Origin: Malacoraja senta
Lineage: Eukaryota
Direction: 5' to 3'
Assembly: GCA_038087875.1 (NCBI GenBank)
Contig: JAXLNO010000462.1
Span: 248,001 to 312,000, forward strand
DNA: 64,000 nt
Part shown: in pieces, positions 38,647 through 50,983 of the stretch
How the letters are laid out: every line of letters begins with the position of its first letter
Numbering within the stretch: the stretch's first letter is position 1
The notes under the pieces: model-generated
Databases searched by the model: none
Seen by the model: the letters and a program-made list of their open reading frames with translations, nothing else
What the model was told of the DNA's origin: nothing
Translations under genes and position numbers: made by a program

Positions 38647-40960
38647 TGTGTGTGTGTACGTATGGGTATGTAAATAGGTTTGTTACTCCCAAGAAGTTAT
38701 TTGAATGTTAGAAATAATCTTTTTTCTTCTTCGGGCACGGAGCTGGGAATTTTTTTTTTCTTACAAAGGCTACGGAAGTCTTTAGAATTCTAGCCACGTT
38801 AGTGTGGCTATCACTAACTACACTAATTGTAGATGTAGTTCTTTTTCTTTCACCCTATACTAATCAACTCTATCACCTTTTTCACTTTAAATATTTTTAT
38901 AATTTAATGTTTGAATGGAAAAATAAGACTAATACAAGGAGATGTGTTCGGAAGAGCGACGTATATGATTTTAAATTCATCTATTCGAGGTTCGGGAGTA
39001 GGGTCAGGTTCTCTGTGTTGTACTTTCTGCTCGGCTATAGACCACCTTAGAAATAATATGCAAGATGTTAATATGACAAGAGGGGGTCAGGGAATAACAT
39101 TTTGTAGTTGGAATGTCAAGGGAATCAATGAACCAATTAAAAGAGGTAAAGTTTTGGCACATTTAAATTCAATCAAAACAGATGTAATATTTCTTCAAGA
39201 AACACACCTTAAAAAGGAATCTCAACATAGACTTAAAGCTAAGTGGATCGCTGAAGCATATCATTCCTCCTTTTCCCACAAGTCCAGAGGAGTTGCAATA
39301 TTAATTCGTTAAGGAATACCTTTTACGATCTCTTCAACAATAGTGGATATTGATGGTAGATATATTATACTAGTAGGAGAGTTAAATGGAGAAAAAGTGA
39401 TTCTTCTGAATGTATATGGGCCTAATTTTGATAACCCCATGTTTTTTAATAAAACATTCAATAAAATTCCAGAATCTACACAATATAAATTAATAATTGG
39501 AGGAGACTTCAATTGTACATTAGATTCATACTTAGATAGATCATCAAGGCAAAAAAAAAAAGTAAAATCCCAATCAAGTGTATTTCTAACTTCATTTATT
39601 AATACCTCTAATATTAAGGATGTCTGGAGAATAGAAAACCCAACTGGACGGGAATATTCATTTTACTCACCAGTACATAAAACATACTCAAGAATAGATT
39701 ATTTTTTAGTTGACTCTACGTTTACCCCATTTATTTATAATTTAAAATACCATAACATTATAATCTCAGATCACGCACCTGTAACATTCATGATTAAATT
39801 GAATGGAATGTCCGAGAAACAAGCATATTGGAGATTTAACCCACAAATTTTGAATGAAAGATCATGCCAGGAATATATTATTAAACAGATTCAAATGTTT
39901 TTTGAGGTAAATGACAACTCTGACACACCTACTTCTCTTATGTGGGAAACGTTTAAAGCGTTTGTTCGAGGTACATTAATTTCTGCTCAAGCATTTTATA
40001 ATAAAGAGAACAGGATTAAGCAACAAACATTGGAAAGCGAAATCAAGCAACTAGATATAGAAAATGCGAGAATGCCATCTACTTTAAAACATAATAAAAT
40101 TGTTGTATTGAAATATAAATTAAATAAAATGTATTCAGAACAAGTAATAAAACTTTATCAAAAAACCAAACAATTACATTTTGAATTCGGAGACAAACCA
40201 CAAAAACTATTAGCACGTCAGTTACGAAAAATGGAAGGGGAAAAAATAATTCATAAAATTAGAACAGAGACAGGAGAATTATTAAAAATGCCCAAGGACA
40301 TAAATGATAGATTTCTCCAATACTATTATAACCTTTACTCAACTAAAACAGTAGCACAACCAGAAGGAATAGCAGATTTTTTACTAAAATGTAATTTAAA
40401 AGGTTTAGATTCAAACGATAGAGAATTATTAGAAAGGGAGATTACGATAAAGGATATTGAAGAGTCTATTGGTTCTTTAAAAAATGGTAAAGCAGTAGGA
40501 CCAGATGGTTTAGGCTCCGAATTTTATAAAAAAAATTATTATTTTTTTTTTTTTATTTTTTTTTATTTTTTTTTTTTTTTTTTAGAAGTACGGTAGATTA
40601 CAGTAATGTACAACACGTATATATTAATACATTTTTTGTACCGCTTCACTTTTTTAAACTTTAAGAAAGAAAAAGAAAGAAGTAAGAAAAGTGAAGAAAG
40701 TGCGCAAAGGTTGTGAAGTGCAAAAGAGTGTTGGGAAAAGAAAGCCCCTTAGAAAAGAGGTTAGAGAAGGAAGTAAAGTTAGAAAATAGACCCTAGAAAA
40801 AAAAAGAGAAAGAAAGAAGGAACAATCGCTCTATTATTACTCTTATACCATACTTCATAGAGAAGGAACTACCAACCAAGTCTGTTTTTATTTTACCTCC
40901 CATTACCAGGTCCAGATACCTTTTATTTATTTATTTGTTTTTCTAAATTACTATTGCACC

Positions 40961-43900
40961 TCATGCTTGTAATAGGTCCAAAAACGTAGACCACGTCTTT
41001 TGAAATTGATCTACTTTGCCTACTAGGAGGAATCTCATCTCTTCCAGATGTAATGTTTCCAACATATTTGATGTCCACATTTTTATTGTTGGTGTGGGCG
41101 CATTTTTCCAGAATTTAAGTATAAGCTTTTTTCCCATTATTAGCCCATAATTGAGTAAATTCTTCTGATACACGTTTAATTCAGGAATACCTTCCGATAT
41201 TCCAAAAATAATCCATTCTGGTTTTGGTACCAGTTTTATTTTGATTAATTTTGAAAAAATATCAAATATTTCAAACCAGAATTTTTGGATTTTTGTACAG
41301 AAAACAAAAGAATGTGCTATGGTAGCTTCTTGACATATACATTTATCACAGATTGGTGAGACGTTAGGAAAGATTTTATTTAGTTTGGTTTTTGAATAAT
41401 ATAATCTATGTAATGTTTTAAATTGGATAAGCGTATGTCGTACGTTGATCGAGCATTTATGCACCTGTAATAAATGATTATCCCAACTCTCTTTTGAAAT
41501 TTTTATACCTAGATCTTGTTCCCAATCTCTTCTAATTCCATCTGTTGTGGGTATTTCTATATTTAAGATGATATTATATAAGTATGATATTAAATTAACT
41601 GATTCCGCCTTTGTCTTCATTGCTTCATCTAGTAAGTCGGAAGGCATATTATAATAATCTTTTGTGTGTGTTTTCAAATAGTCACAGATTTGTATATATT
41701 TAAAATATTGATTATTTTTCAAATTATATTTCAGTTGTAGTTGTTGGAATGATAGTAATTTTTCTAATTCATACAGATCTTCGAGCGTTTTAATTCCCAT
41801 TCTTTCCCATTGTATAAATGCTTTATCTATGATTGAAGGTTTAAACGATGGGTTATTGACTATTGGTATTAAGAGAGATAGGTTTCTTAATTTTAGATTC
41901 TGTTTTATTTGCTTCCATGTTCTAATAGTGCTATATATAATTGGATTTTTATTATAATTTTTATTATTCAAATTTATTGGAGAGAGAATAATCGCTCCTA
42001 TATTATTCGGGGAGCAATCCCCTTTTTCCATTATAATCCAGTCCACCTGCTGGGCAGAATTGTCCAGCAGGTGAATCATATTTTTAATATTTACTGCCCA
42101 GTTATAATACATAAAGTTAGGGAGCGCTAGACCCCCCAACTCTTTTCGTTTGTTAAGGTGTGTTCTTTGTATTCTGTGGGATTTGTAATCCCATATAAAA
42201 TTTGTAATGTCTGAGTCCAGTTTTTTGAAAAACTTTTTTGGGAGATATATAGGTATTGATTGAAATAGGTAAAGGATTTGTGGTAAGAAAATCATTTTTA
42301 TAGCATTTATCCTACCTATTAAGGACATCGGAAGTGTTTTCCAAAATTTAATCAGATTATTTAATTTCTTAAGTAGGGGATTATAATTAGCTTTAAACAT
42401 ATCATGGTAATTTCTAGTAATCTCAATTCCTAAATATTTGAATTTTTCCATAGCTATTTTAAAAGGGAATTTCCTGAGATGTGTTGAGTCTTTTGGTTTA
42501 ATCGACATAATTTCACTTTTGTTCCAATTTATTCTATATCCTGAAAAGGATCCAAAGTCCTCAATTAAGTTTAATATATTTGGTATACTAATTTGTGGTT
42601 TTGTGATGTACAGTAGTACATCATCAGCATATAGGGATAGTTTGTTGTTTGAATATTTTGTGTTATAACCGTGAATATTCGAGTGTGTTCTTATTTTTTC
42701 AGCAAGGGGTTCAATTACCAAAGCAAATAACAGCGGTGATAGTGAACATCCTTGTCTGTTGCCCCTAGATAATTCGAATTTTGAAGATAATGTATTATTA
42801 GTTAGTATTCTAGCCGTAGGTTTGTTATATAGTAGTTTTATCCATGCAATAAAGTTTTCTCCCAATTGGAATTTTTGCAATACTTTGATCATATAGTCCC
42901 ATTCTACTTGATCAAACGCTTTTTCTGCGTCCAGTGAGATGATAGCTAACTCTTGGTCATAAGATTTATGTGAATGCATTATGTTAAGCAAACGTCTCAA
43001 ATTATTAAATGAGTGTCTCTTAGGTATAAATCCTGTTTGATCCTCATGTATTAGTCTACTAACATACTTGCTTAATCTATTGGCTAATGTTTTTGCTATT
43101 ATTTTCTGATCCGTATTTAACAAAGCAATAGCTCTATATGATCCTGGTTCTTCTATATTTTTATCTTTTTTAAGTATTAATATGATCGTTGATTCCGCTA
43201 GTGTTTCAGGTAGGTTTTGCTCTTTATAAGCATATGTATACATTTTTTGTAATCGTGGAGTAACTATATCATAAAAAGATTTATAAAATTCATTACTAAA
43301 TCCGTCTGGTCCTGGTGTTTTTCCATTTTTTAGTGTTTTTATTGTGTCTTCTATCTCCTTAGAAGTAATTTGTGCTCCCAGTTCCTCTTGTTCCCTGCGT
43401 TCTAATTGTGGTAGATTACAATTATCTAAAAATTCTGAGATTTTATTATTGTCTATTGACGTTTTAGATGTGTATAGATTCTGGTAAAATTGAGCAAATC
43501 TTTTATTAATATCCTTGGGTAGTGTTAATACTTCCCCTCTATCTGATTTAATCTTTAATATTGCATTCTCTTTTTCCCGTTTTTTAAGTTGTCGTGCTAG
43601 AAGTTTGTGGGGTTTGTCCCCGAATTCGAAGTGTTCTTGTTTTGTGATTTGAGATAATGTTATAACTTTCTCTGACAGTAATTTATTTAACTGAAATTTC
43701 AGTAGTAGTATTTTATTATGTTTATCCATAGTTGGGTCTTTAGCATTATCTATATCTAACTGTTTTATTTGATCTTCTAAGTGTCTTTGTTCATTCTTAT
43801 TCTTTTTATTTTGATAAGCTTGAAATGAAATAATGACTCCTCTTATAAATGCTTTGAAGGATTCCCATAATAACGTGGGGGATATCTCTGGTGTATCATT

Positions 43901-44761
43901 TAACTCAAAAAATAGATCCATCTGTTTTTTTAGATAGATACTCCCTTGAGGGTCTTTTAAAATTTGTGAGTTAAACCTCCAGAACGGTTTATTCATAGAC
44001 ATTCCTTCTAGTTTTAGAACAAAAGTTAACGGAGAATGATCTGAGATCGCATTAATATGATATTTAGGATTCAGAGATTGCGAGATTAATTTTGTATCCA
44101 CTAGAAAATAGTCTATCCGTGAATATGTTTTATGCACCATTGAATAAAACGAGTAATCCCTTCCCGTCGGGTTTGCAATCCTCCATACGTCTGTTATATT
44201 TGTGTTTTCCATATATGTGTGTAAGAGTTCACTGGTTTTAGATTTCGTCTGACCTTTTTGTTTTTGCATCGATTTATCTAAATAAGGATCTAAAACACAA
44301 TTAAAATCTCCTCCGATTATAACATTTTGATAATTAGATTCTGCAATTATATTCAGAATTTTATTAAAAAATTGAGGGTTATCAAAGTTGGGCGCATATA
44401 TGTTTACCAGCGTAATTGGCATATTATTGATCTCCCCTGCTACTATAAGATATCTCCCTTCCTTATCTAAAATAGTGTTCTTTGATTTAAATGGAATTCC
44501 TTTACGAATAATAATTGCAGTACCTCTAGATTTGGAGGTAAATGAAGAGTGAAATGTTTGGCCTATCCAGTTCGCCCTCAGTCTTGTCTGATCTTGCTGT
44601 TTAAGATGTGTTTCCTGTAGAAACGCTATGTCCGTGTTGTATGATTTCAACTGAGCTAGTATCTTGCCCCTTTTAATAGGTTCATTAATCCCCCTTATAT
44701 TCCAACTGCATAATGTGATTCCTCCTATTTTCTTTTGATTGTCGTCATGCATTTTTACCAA
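40961..44761 (-). CDS. L1-C ORF2p (APE endonuclease + reverse transcriptase + Cys-rich CTD), ~1263-1266 aa, uninterrupted
   Basis: SWNIRG, LQETH, GGDFN, SDH; PGPDG, LDAEKAFD, QGCSLSP, YADD, KYLG; CDKCICQEATIAHSFVFC. Confidence 0.95.
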   Translation of the reverse strand: MVKMHDDNQKKIGGITLCSWNIRGINEPIKRGKILAQLKSYNTDIAFLQETHLKQQDQTRLRANWIGQTFHSSFTSKSRGTAIIIRKGIPFKSKNTILDKEGRYLIVAGEINNMPITLVNIYAPNFDNPQFFNKILNIIAESNYQNVIIGGDFNCVLDPYLDKSMQKQKGQTKSKTSELLHTYMENTNITDVWRIANPTGRDYSFYSMVHKTYSRIDYFLVDTKLISQSLNPKYHINAISDHSPLTFVLKLEGMSMNKPFWRFNSQILKDPQGSIYLKKQMDLFFELNDTPEISPTLLWESFKAFIRGVIISFQAYQNKKNKNEQRHLEDQIKQLDIDNAKDPTMDKHNKILLLKFQLNKLLSEKVITLSQITKQEHFEFGDKPHKLLARQLKKREKENAILKIKSDRGEVLTLPKDINKRFAQFYQNLYTSKTSIDNNKISEFLDNCNLPQLERREQEELGAQITSKEIEDTIKTLKNGKTPGPDGFSNEFYKSFYDIVTPRLQKMYTYAYKEQNLPETLAESTIILILKKDKNIEEPGSYRAIALLNTDQKIIAKTLANRLSKYVSRLIHEDQTGFIPKRHSFNNLRRLLNIMHSHKSYDQELAIISLDAEKAFDQVEWDYMIKVLQKFQLGENFIAWIKLLYNKPTARILTNNTLSSKFELSRGNRQGCSLSPLLFALVIEPLAEKIRTHSNIHGYNTKYSNNKLSLYADDVLLYITKPQISIPNILNLIEDFGSFSGYRINWNKSEIMSIKPKDSTHLRKFPFKIAMEKFKYLGIEITRNYHDMFKANYNPLLKKLNNLIKFWKTLPMSLIGRINAIKMIFLPQILYLFQSIPIYLPKKFFKKLDSDITNFIWDYKSHRIQRTHLNKRKELGGLALPNFMYYNWAVNIKNMIHLLDNSAQQVDWIIMEKGDCSPNNIGAIILSPINLNNKNYNKNPIIYSTIRTWKQIKQNLKLRNLSLLIPIVNNPSFKPSIIDKAFIQWERMGIKTLEDLYELEKLLSFQQLQLKYNLKNNQYFKYIQICDYLKTHTKDYYNMPSDLLDEAMKTKAESVNLISYLYNIILNIEIPTTDGIRRDWEQDLGIKISKESWDNHLLQVHKCSINVRHTLIQFKTLHRLYYSKTKLNKIFPNVSPICDKCICQEATIAHSFVFCTKIQKFWFEIFDIFSKLIKIKLVPKPEWIIFGISEGIPELNVYQKNLLNYGLIMGKKLILKFWKNAPTPTIKMWTSNMLETLHLEEMRFLLVGKVDQFQKTWSTFLDLLQA

Positions 44762-45970
44762 TTTTAATGACCTTAATTATTGTGGTGCGTTCATACCTCC
44801 GGACTCTGGTTATTTTGGGAGTATTTCTATTATAGACTTCCTTGGTAGTTCTCCTGCGCGATTGTCCTTGAAGAAAAAACACACAGATGTGACATATTGT
44901 GATTAAAAAAAAATATATATATAAATCAAATAAATTTACGGTGTCTAAAATTTCAACACCGTAGTGAGTGGCCCACTCGTCTGTGGGGTACGACATCCAT
45001 AACGCTTCCGGCGTAGTTGGTATAAAGTTAGCCCCGCTGTATTTATTACCCAAAATCTATGGGGTCATTACCGTTTCCAATTCAGTTCTATTTCACCCAG
45101 TTACAATTTATATATATGTCAAATGTATTCGATTCCATATCCTACTCACTCTTTATCTCTTAACTATTTTAAAATGAATTTAGTATTGTTAAAGTGAGCG
45201 GTTTACTGAGTGGATTAACCGGAGTCAGGTTCCTGGAATTGTGCCAGGTGCCTGATCTCCTCTCCTCTCCACGAGCTGCGAACATAGGTGATAACTGCTG
45301 TCTGCGTTATGACGCAGGCACCACAGTTTTATCAGTTTCAAATATTATTTCTATATTAGTATTGTTAATTATTAATTATGATTAATTCTCAGCATTTTGT
45401 AAAACTATATAAGCCGTATATATTTTTCATATCAACCTCGAGTGTATATTATCTCTTAACTATTTTAAATTGATTTAATATTGTTAAAAATGAGCTGTTC
45501 GCTGGAAGGGTTAACGGGAGTCTGGCTCCTGGAGTTATGCCAGGTACCCGGTCTCCCCCTCCCTCCACTCTCGAGCTGCATAGCACTTGCTGTTATCTGC
45601 TAAACAGAGCAGACTGCACATTTTTTATCTATTTCAATTGCTATTTCTATATTAGTATTGTTAATTGTTAATTATTATTAGTTCTCAGTTTTTTCAGTTT
45701 TTTATAAACAATATAAGCCATGTGATGTTTTTCACTCTCAGCCCAGCAGTTCGTCCCGTTATCAGGTTTTCCTCGTTTGAGCACGTAGTGTCCTTGAATT
45801 ACATAGCACAATGTTCCAGCAAAGATAATAATGTCTAGCCACGTCTCACTAAGAATCTGTTGCTTGAAGTCAAATAAAAAATAAAAAATCAGTGTTCAGT
45901 TAATTCACTTTCCTTGTGATACTCTTGTTGGAAGAATAAGCAAGTTCGTTTGTTCATGTCGTCTTGGTTT

Positions 45971-46966
45971 TCAGTCTCCAGTTGATGCAGCCTTAGTCGC
46001 GATTTCTTGAGCGTATTTGAGAGATTCATCCGAATTAGTGAATGTTTTTGACACTCCCTCAAAGGTGATACGCATTCTAGCCGGATAAAACACTCCACAC
46101 AAAACTCCCTTAACACCATAAAGAACTTCTCTGGTCTGTGAGAACTTTCTTCTCTTTTGCTCAATCTCATAAGGGTAGTCCCGTAGGAGTTTAATAGTAT
46201 CACCTCTGTACATCATCTTCTCTCCGTGGTTGATTTTTTTCATCAGCGCTTCCATTGTTGAGATATCCCGAAGTTTAATTATGATCTGTCGTGGGTAGGC
46301 ACGTTCTCCTTGAGATCTTGATTTAAATCTGGGGAGTCGATGTGCTACTTCAATTACAGGTACTTCTGGTAGCTTCAGTACGTGTTTAATTAGGTTGGCA
46401 GCGAACTCACAAACATTGTCCCCCTCAGCTCCCTCTTTTACACCACGTATTCTTATATTTTGACGTCTTGAGCGAGCTTCTAGGTCAACACATTTATTCA
46501 AAACCTTTGTGACTTGGTTCTTGAGACTATCTATTTCTGACTTCATAGTCTGCATCTCTCCAGCCATCACTTCCACAGCAGCTTCCAAATCATTCACTGC
46601 AGATGCATTTGCAGCCACAGTTTCGTGCACAGCCTCAAACATCTTTGTGGTCTCTTCTGCCACCTTTTCAATTTTTATCGATAGTCCTTTTTCCACACCT
46701 TCAATTCTTTTTTGGAGAGCCTCAATACCCTCAAGTATTTTATCATTACCGGCTATCAATTTACTGTTCCCAGCTTCCATATCATTTTTGATATCTCTTA
46801 CCGAGTTTCTTAAGTCCTCCATTTCGGTTTTCTCTTTTGCAGATCGAGTAGCCATTCCAGAGACCTCTCCAGAGGTCAGTTCTGAAGTTTCTTGCTGTTC
46901 CAGAGTCTTCAGCAGATGTTTTGAAATTTTCCTCTGTGGGCTCTGACCTGGAGATGTACTTTTCAT
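45971..46966 (-). CDS. L1-C ORF1p, 331 aa
   Basis: DLEARSRRQNIRIRGVKE, VAHR, LRDYP and GVFYPARMRI. Confidence 0.9.
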   Translation of the reverse strand: MKSTSPGQSPQRKISKHLLKTLEQQETSELTSGEVSGMATRSAKEKTEMEDLRNSVRDIKNDMEAGNSKLIAGNDKILEGIEALQKRIEGVEKGLSIKIEKVAEETTKMFEAVHETVAANASAVNDLEAAVEVMAGEMQTMKSEIDSLKNQVTKVLNKCVDLEARSRRQNIRIRGVKEGAEGDNVCEFAANLIKHVLKLPEVPVIEVAHRLPRFKSRSQGERAYPRQIIIKLRDISTMEALMKKINHGEKMMYRGDTIKLLRDYPYEIEQKRRKFSQTREVLYGVKGVLCGVFYPARMRITFEGVSKTFTNSDESLKYAQEIATKAASTGD

Positions 46967-49900
46967 TTAAAATGACTTTCCCTCCGTTAAAATCGCGGCG
47001 CTTACTGATGACGTCATCAGCACCGCGACATGAAGCTCCGGTAAGTTTTTAAAAACGGTCCCGACCTCCAGACCCGATTTTAACGCGAAAAATCGCGATT
47101 TTTTCAGCAGAGCTAAAAAGTTTGCGACTGCTAGCAGAGCATGTCGCAACCGGAAGAGCATCAAAATTATGATTTACTTTGCCCACGGTTACAAAGACTG
47201 TATGAATATATCTATACTCAACAGAAACTTCCAGACACTTTAAATGAATCTATAATAACACTTATTCCTAAAGCTGATAAAGATCCGGAAGACCCGGGAT
47301 CATACAGAGCAATTGCACTTTTAAATACAGATCAGAAAATATTAACTAAAATACTAGCGCATAGATTAAGTACAGTGATGAATAAATTAATACACCCTGA
47401 CCAAACAGGCTTTATTCAGAAACAGTACTCATATTATAATCTAAGAAGATTATTTAATATTATATATTCCAAGAGAATTATTAACGAAGATCTAGCAATA
47501 ATCTCACTCGACGCTGAAAAAGCATTTGATCAGGTGGAATGGTCTTATCTATTTTCGGTGATGGAAAATATGCAGCTAGGAGAGAAATTCTGTACATGGA
47601 TAAAACTGTTATATACAAACCCCACGGCTAGAATACTTACAAACCAAAGGTTGTCATCTAAATTTAGCCTATCTAGAGGTTGTAGACAAGGATGCCCGTT
47701 ATCTCCATTATTATTTGCGCTTGCTATTGAGCCACTGGCAGAAAGAGTTAGGGGGCATCCGGAAATACATGGGTATAACACAAAGGACACAGTGAATAAA
47801 ATTTCTCTATACGCAGATGATGTATTAATTTACATTACAAAACCAGACATTAGTATTCCAAACTTATTAAAGCTAATAACCCAATTTGGTTCATTTTCAG
47901 GATACAGAATAAATTGGAATAAAAGTGAAATTATGCCAATAAGGGAACATAACAAACAGATAATACAACAATTCCCATTTAAAATAGTAAATGAAAAATT
48001 TAAATATCTAGGTATTTATATAACTAAGAGATATACATCATTATTTAAAGCAAATTTTCCCCCATTACTGAACAAACTACATAAGAATATTCAATACTGG
48101 AAAACACTTCCTATCTCAATGGTTGGCAAAATTAATGCTATAAAAATGATTTTTTTACCGCAAATATTATACCTTTTTCAGACAATTCCGATATATCTGA
48201 CAAAAAACTTTTTTTAAAAACTGGACTCTATTGTTAATGATTTTATCTGGGATTATAAGAATCATAGGATAAACAAAAGACACTTGTGTAAATCAAAAAT
48301 AAATGGAGGCTTGGTTTTACCCAACTTTTTGTTTTATTTCTGGGCTGTTAATATTAAAAATATGAATTTCTGGTTGGAAGAAATAGATCATCAACCAGAC
48401 TGATTAAAAATGGAAAAGGAAGATTGTTTACCTTTTGATATCGGTTCGATATTATTTGCTACGTCTAAATTAAACAAAAAAATTTATAGGGAAAACCCTA
48501 TAATATTTAGTGCTATACGAATTTGGAAACAATTAAAAAAGACATTAAAATTAGATAATTTATCACTTTTTCTTCCAATTGTGAATAACCCTTTGTTTAA
48601 GCCTTCATGGTTGGACGGGGGTTTTACACAATGGAAGAATTATGGAATTAAAAATATGGGACAACTTTATAAGGAAGGCACCTTTCTGACATTTCAGGAG
48701 TTGCAACAGACTCGTGGACTTCGAGGAAATGATTATTTCAGATATCTTCAACTTAAAGATTATGTAAAATCGAACTCTCAAAATTTTCGATTTAGAAATT
48801 CAGAAATTCTTGATGAATGTTGGAACAAACATCCTAATACAGAAAAATTAATATCTTATATATATAATATCTTACTAGACAGTGACATTCCTTCGACAGA
48901 ATTACACAGACAAACATGGGAAGAAGAATTAAATCAAGTAATAACGAAAGATACTTGGGAAGAAAGTTTGCAACACATACATCAATGTTCATTAAACGCC
49001 AGACATTCTTTAATACAATTTAAAGTAATACATAGGTTACATTATTCAAAAACAAAACTACATAAAATTTTTCAACATATCTCACCTATATGTGATAAAT
49101 GTCAACATTTAGAAGCTTCATTATCTCATATGTTTGCAAACTGTATAAAAATTAAAAAATTCTGGGTAAATATTTTCAGTATAATATCTAAAGTAACCGG
49201 CACACAAATGGACCCAGACCCAAAACTAATAATACTCGGAACATTAGAATTAAATCAAACATTTAGAACAACACAAAGAAACTTTATTGATTATAGTTTA
49301 ATAACAGGAAAAAAATTAATTCTAAAATTTTGGAAAGGCCCTACGGCCCCCACAATCAAAATGTGGATTATAGAAATGACGGAGACCTTAAACGTGGAAA
49401 GAATCAGATTTTCCCTGTTGGACAAACAGGAATTATTCGTAGGAACATGGTCTCCTTTTATTGATTACTTAAAGGGTCAGAATAGTTCAGCACAGGAACC
49501 TGACTAGCACTCGGTCTAAAGAATGGATGAAAGGTTATACTCTGAAATGTACGAACATATCTCGAATGAAGTTTTTTATTTCAATAAATTTTTCCATTCT
49601 TCTTTAACTATTTTCTTTTTTTTTTTTTTTTTTTTATTATTTTTTTTTATTTTTTATTATTCTTCTTCTTTTTCTTTTCTCTCTTCACTTCATCTATCTC
49701 TTTAGTTCTATCTAGTTTTAAAAAAAAAAGGCAAAAGGTATTGGAGACAATGTAATAATAATTGATAATATTATCAATTTAAAAATGTCAGACTGTAATG
49801 ATGTAAATAAATTGTGTACTTATCTCCAATAATAAAAAATTAAAAAAATAAATAAAAAAAAATAATAACCCAGTAGATGTATTGGATAAGGCAATGCAGA

Positions 49901-50946
49901 TAAAAGCTGAATGAGCAAACTTAATATCATATTTGTATAATATTATCTTAAATGTACAAATACCATCTACAGAGGGTATCAGAAGAGACTGGGAACAAGA
50001 GTTAGCTATTAAAATTTCAAAGGAAAGGTGGAATGAATGCTTATTAAACGTGCATAAATGTTCAATTAATGTAAGACACACTTTAATACAATTTAAAATT
50101 TTACATAGATTATATTATTTAAAAACTAAAATTCATAACATTTTCCCAAATGTATCATCTATTTGTGATAAATGTCAATCCCAAGAAGCAACTATAGCGC
50201 ACTCATTTGTTTTCTGTACAAAAATTCAAAAATTTTGGAATTAAAATTTTGAAATCTTTACAAAGTTATTTAAAATAAGACTGATACCCAAAGCAGAATG
50301 GATTATCTTCGGAATAACGGAAGATGGCCCAGAACTAAATGTGTTTCAAAAGAAACTAATGGACTATGGGTTAATAACTGGAAAAAAGCTAATTCTAAAA
50401 TTTTGGAAGAAGGCTCCAATACCAACTATAAATATGTGGACTTCAAATATGTTCGAAACATTACACCTAGAAGAGATAAGACTCCTCCTAGCAGGTAAAC
50501 CAGATCACTTCCACCTGACGTGGTCTGCATTTATAGAATTATTACAAATATAGGGTGCAAAAGTACTTTAAAAAAATTGAGGTCAGGTAAGGGGGGATGC
50601 TAGTTGAAGATTTGGTATGTCCTATTTACATAATGCTCATAAAAATATTTGTTTCACTCTTTTTCCTCTTTCTCGTTCTCTTTCTTTTCTAGGGTCTATT
50701 TCTTAACTCTTTTTCTTTTGTTTTTAATTTTGCTCTTATAGGGTCTTCGTCCTTTTTTGTTGTCACATTTTCTACACTTTCACTTTTTCCTTCACTTTCT
50801 TCTTTCTTTCAATCTTTTCTTTTTCTAGTGTAAAAAATAAATGGAGTACATTAATTGTAAGAAGACATAAGTGACGAGTACTAATGTATGTGGTTGTAAT
50901 GTAATGTACTTCTAATAAATAAAAAATATTTTTTTTATTTTTTTTT

Positions 50947-50983
50947 AATGGCAGACTGTCCAATGCACACACGTTCTATAACC
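50947..50983 (-). pseudogene. Duplicated 5' part of exon 3 with its acceptor (reads VIERVCIGQSAI-KKK-stop)
   Basis: Identical to 30520-30556. Lies inside the 350-bp duplication flanking L1-A. Confidence 0.85.

Larger units (their letters stand above)
40540..47162 (-). mobile_element. L1-C: full-length 6.6-kb L1 with both ORFs intact, inserted antisense into L1-B ORF2, 8-bp TSD
   Basis: AAAATTAT at 40532-40539 and 47163-47170; poly(T) at 40540-40583; 5' end GCTCTTCCGGTTGCGACATG. Confidence 0.93.
36808..49861 (+). mobile_element. L1-B: full-length L1 inserted in L1-A ORF2, 15-bp TSD (ORF2 degenerate: 39058-40539 + 47171-49507)
   Basis: ATAATAACCCAGTAG at 36793-36807 and 49862-49876; 5' GACTTCCGGTGGCGCTATGG; A-rich tail at 49828-49861. 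Confidence 0.92.
30869..50946 (+). mobile_element. L1-A: full-length degenerate L1 LINE (outer element; ORF1 ~31167-32111, ORF2 33696-36807 + 49877-50553)
   Basis: 5' end ACTTCCGGTGGCGCCATG; LEARSRRQNLRI ORF1 motif; SWNIRG, QETH, YADD and CDKC..H....C in ORF2, with stops; AATAAA and A-tail at ~50914. Confidence 0.9.
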
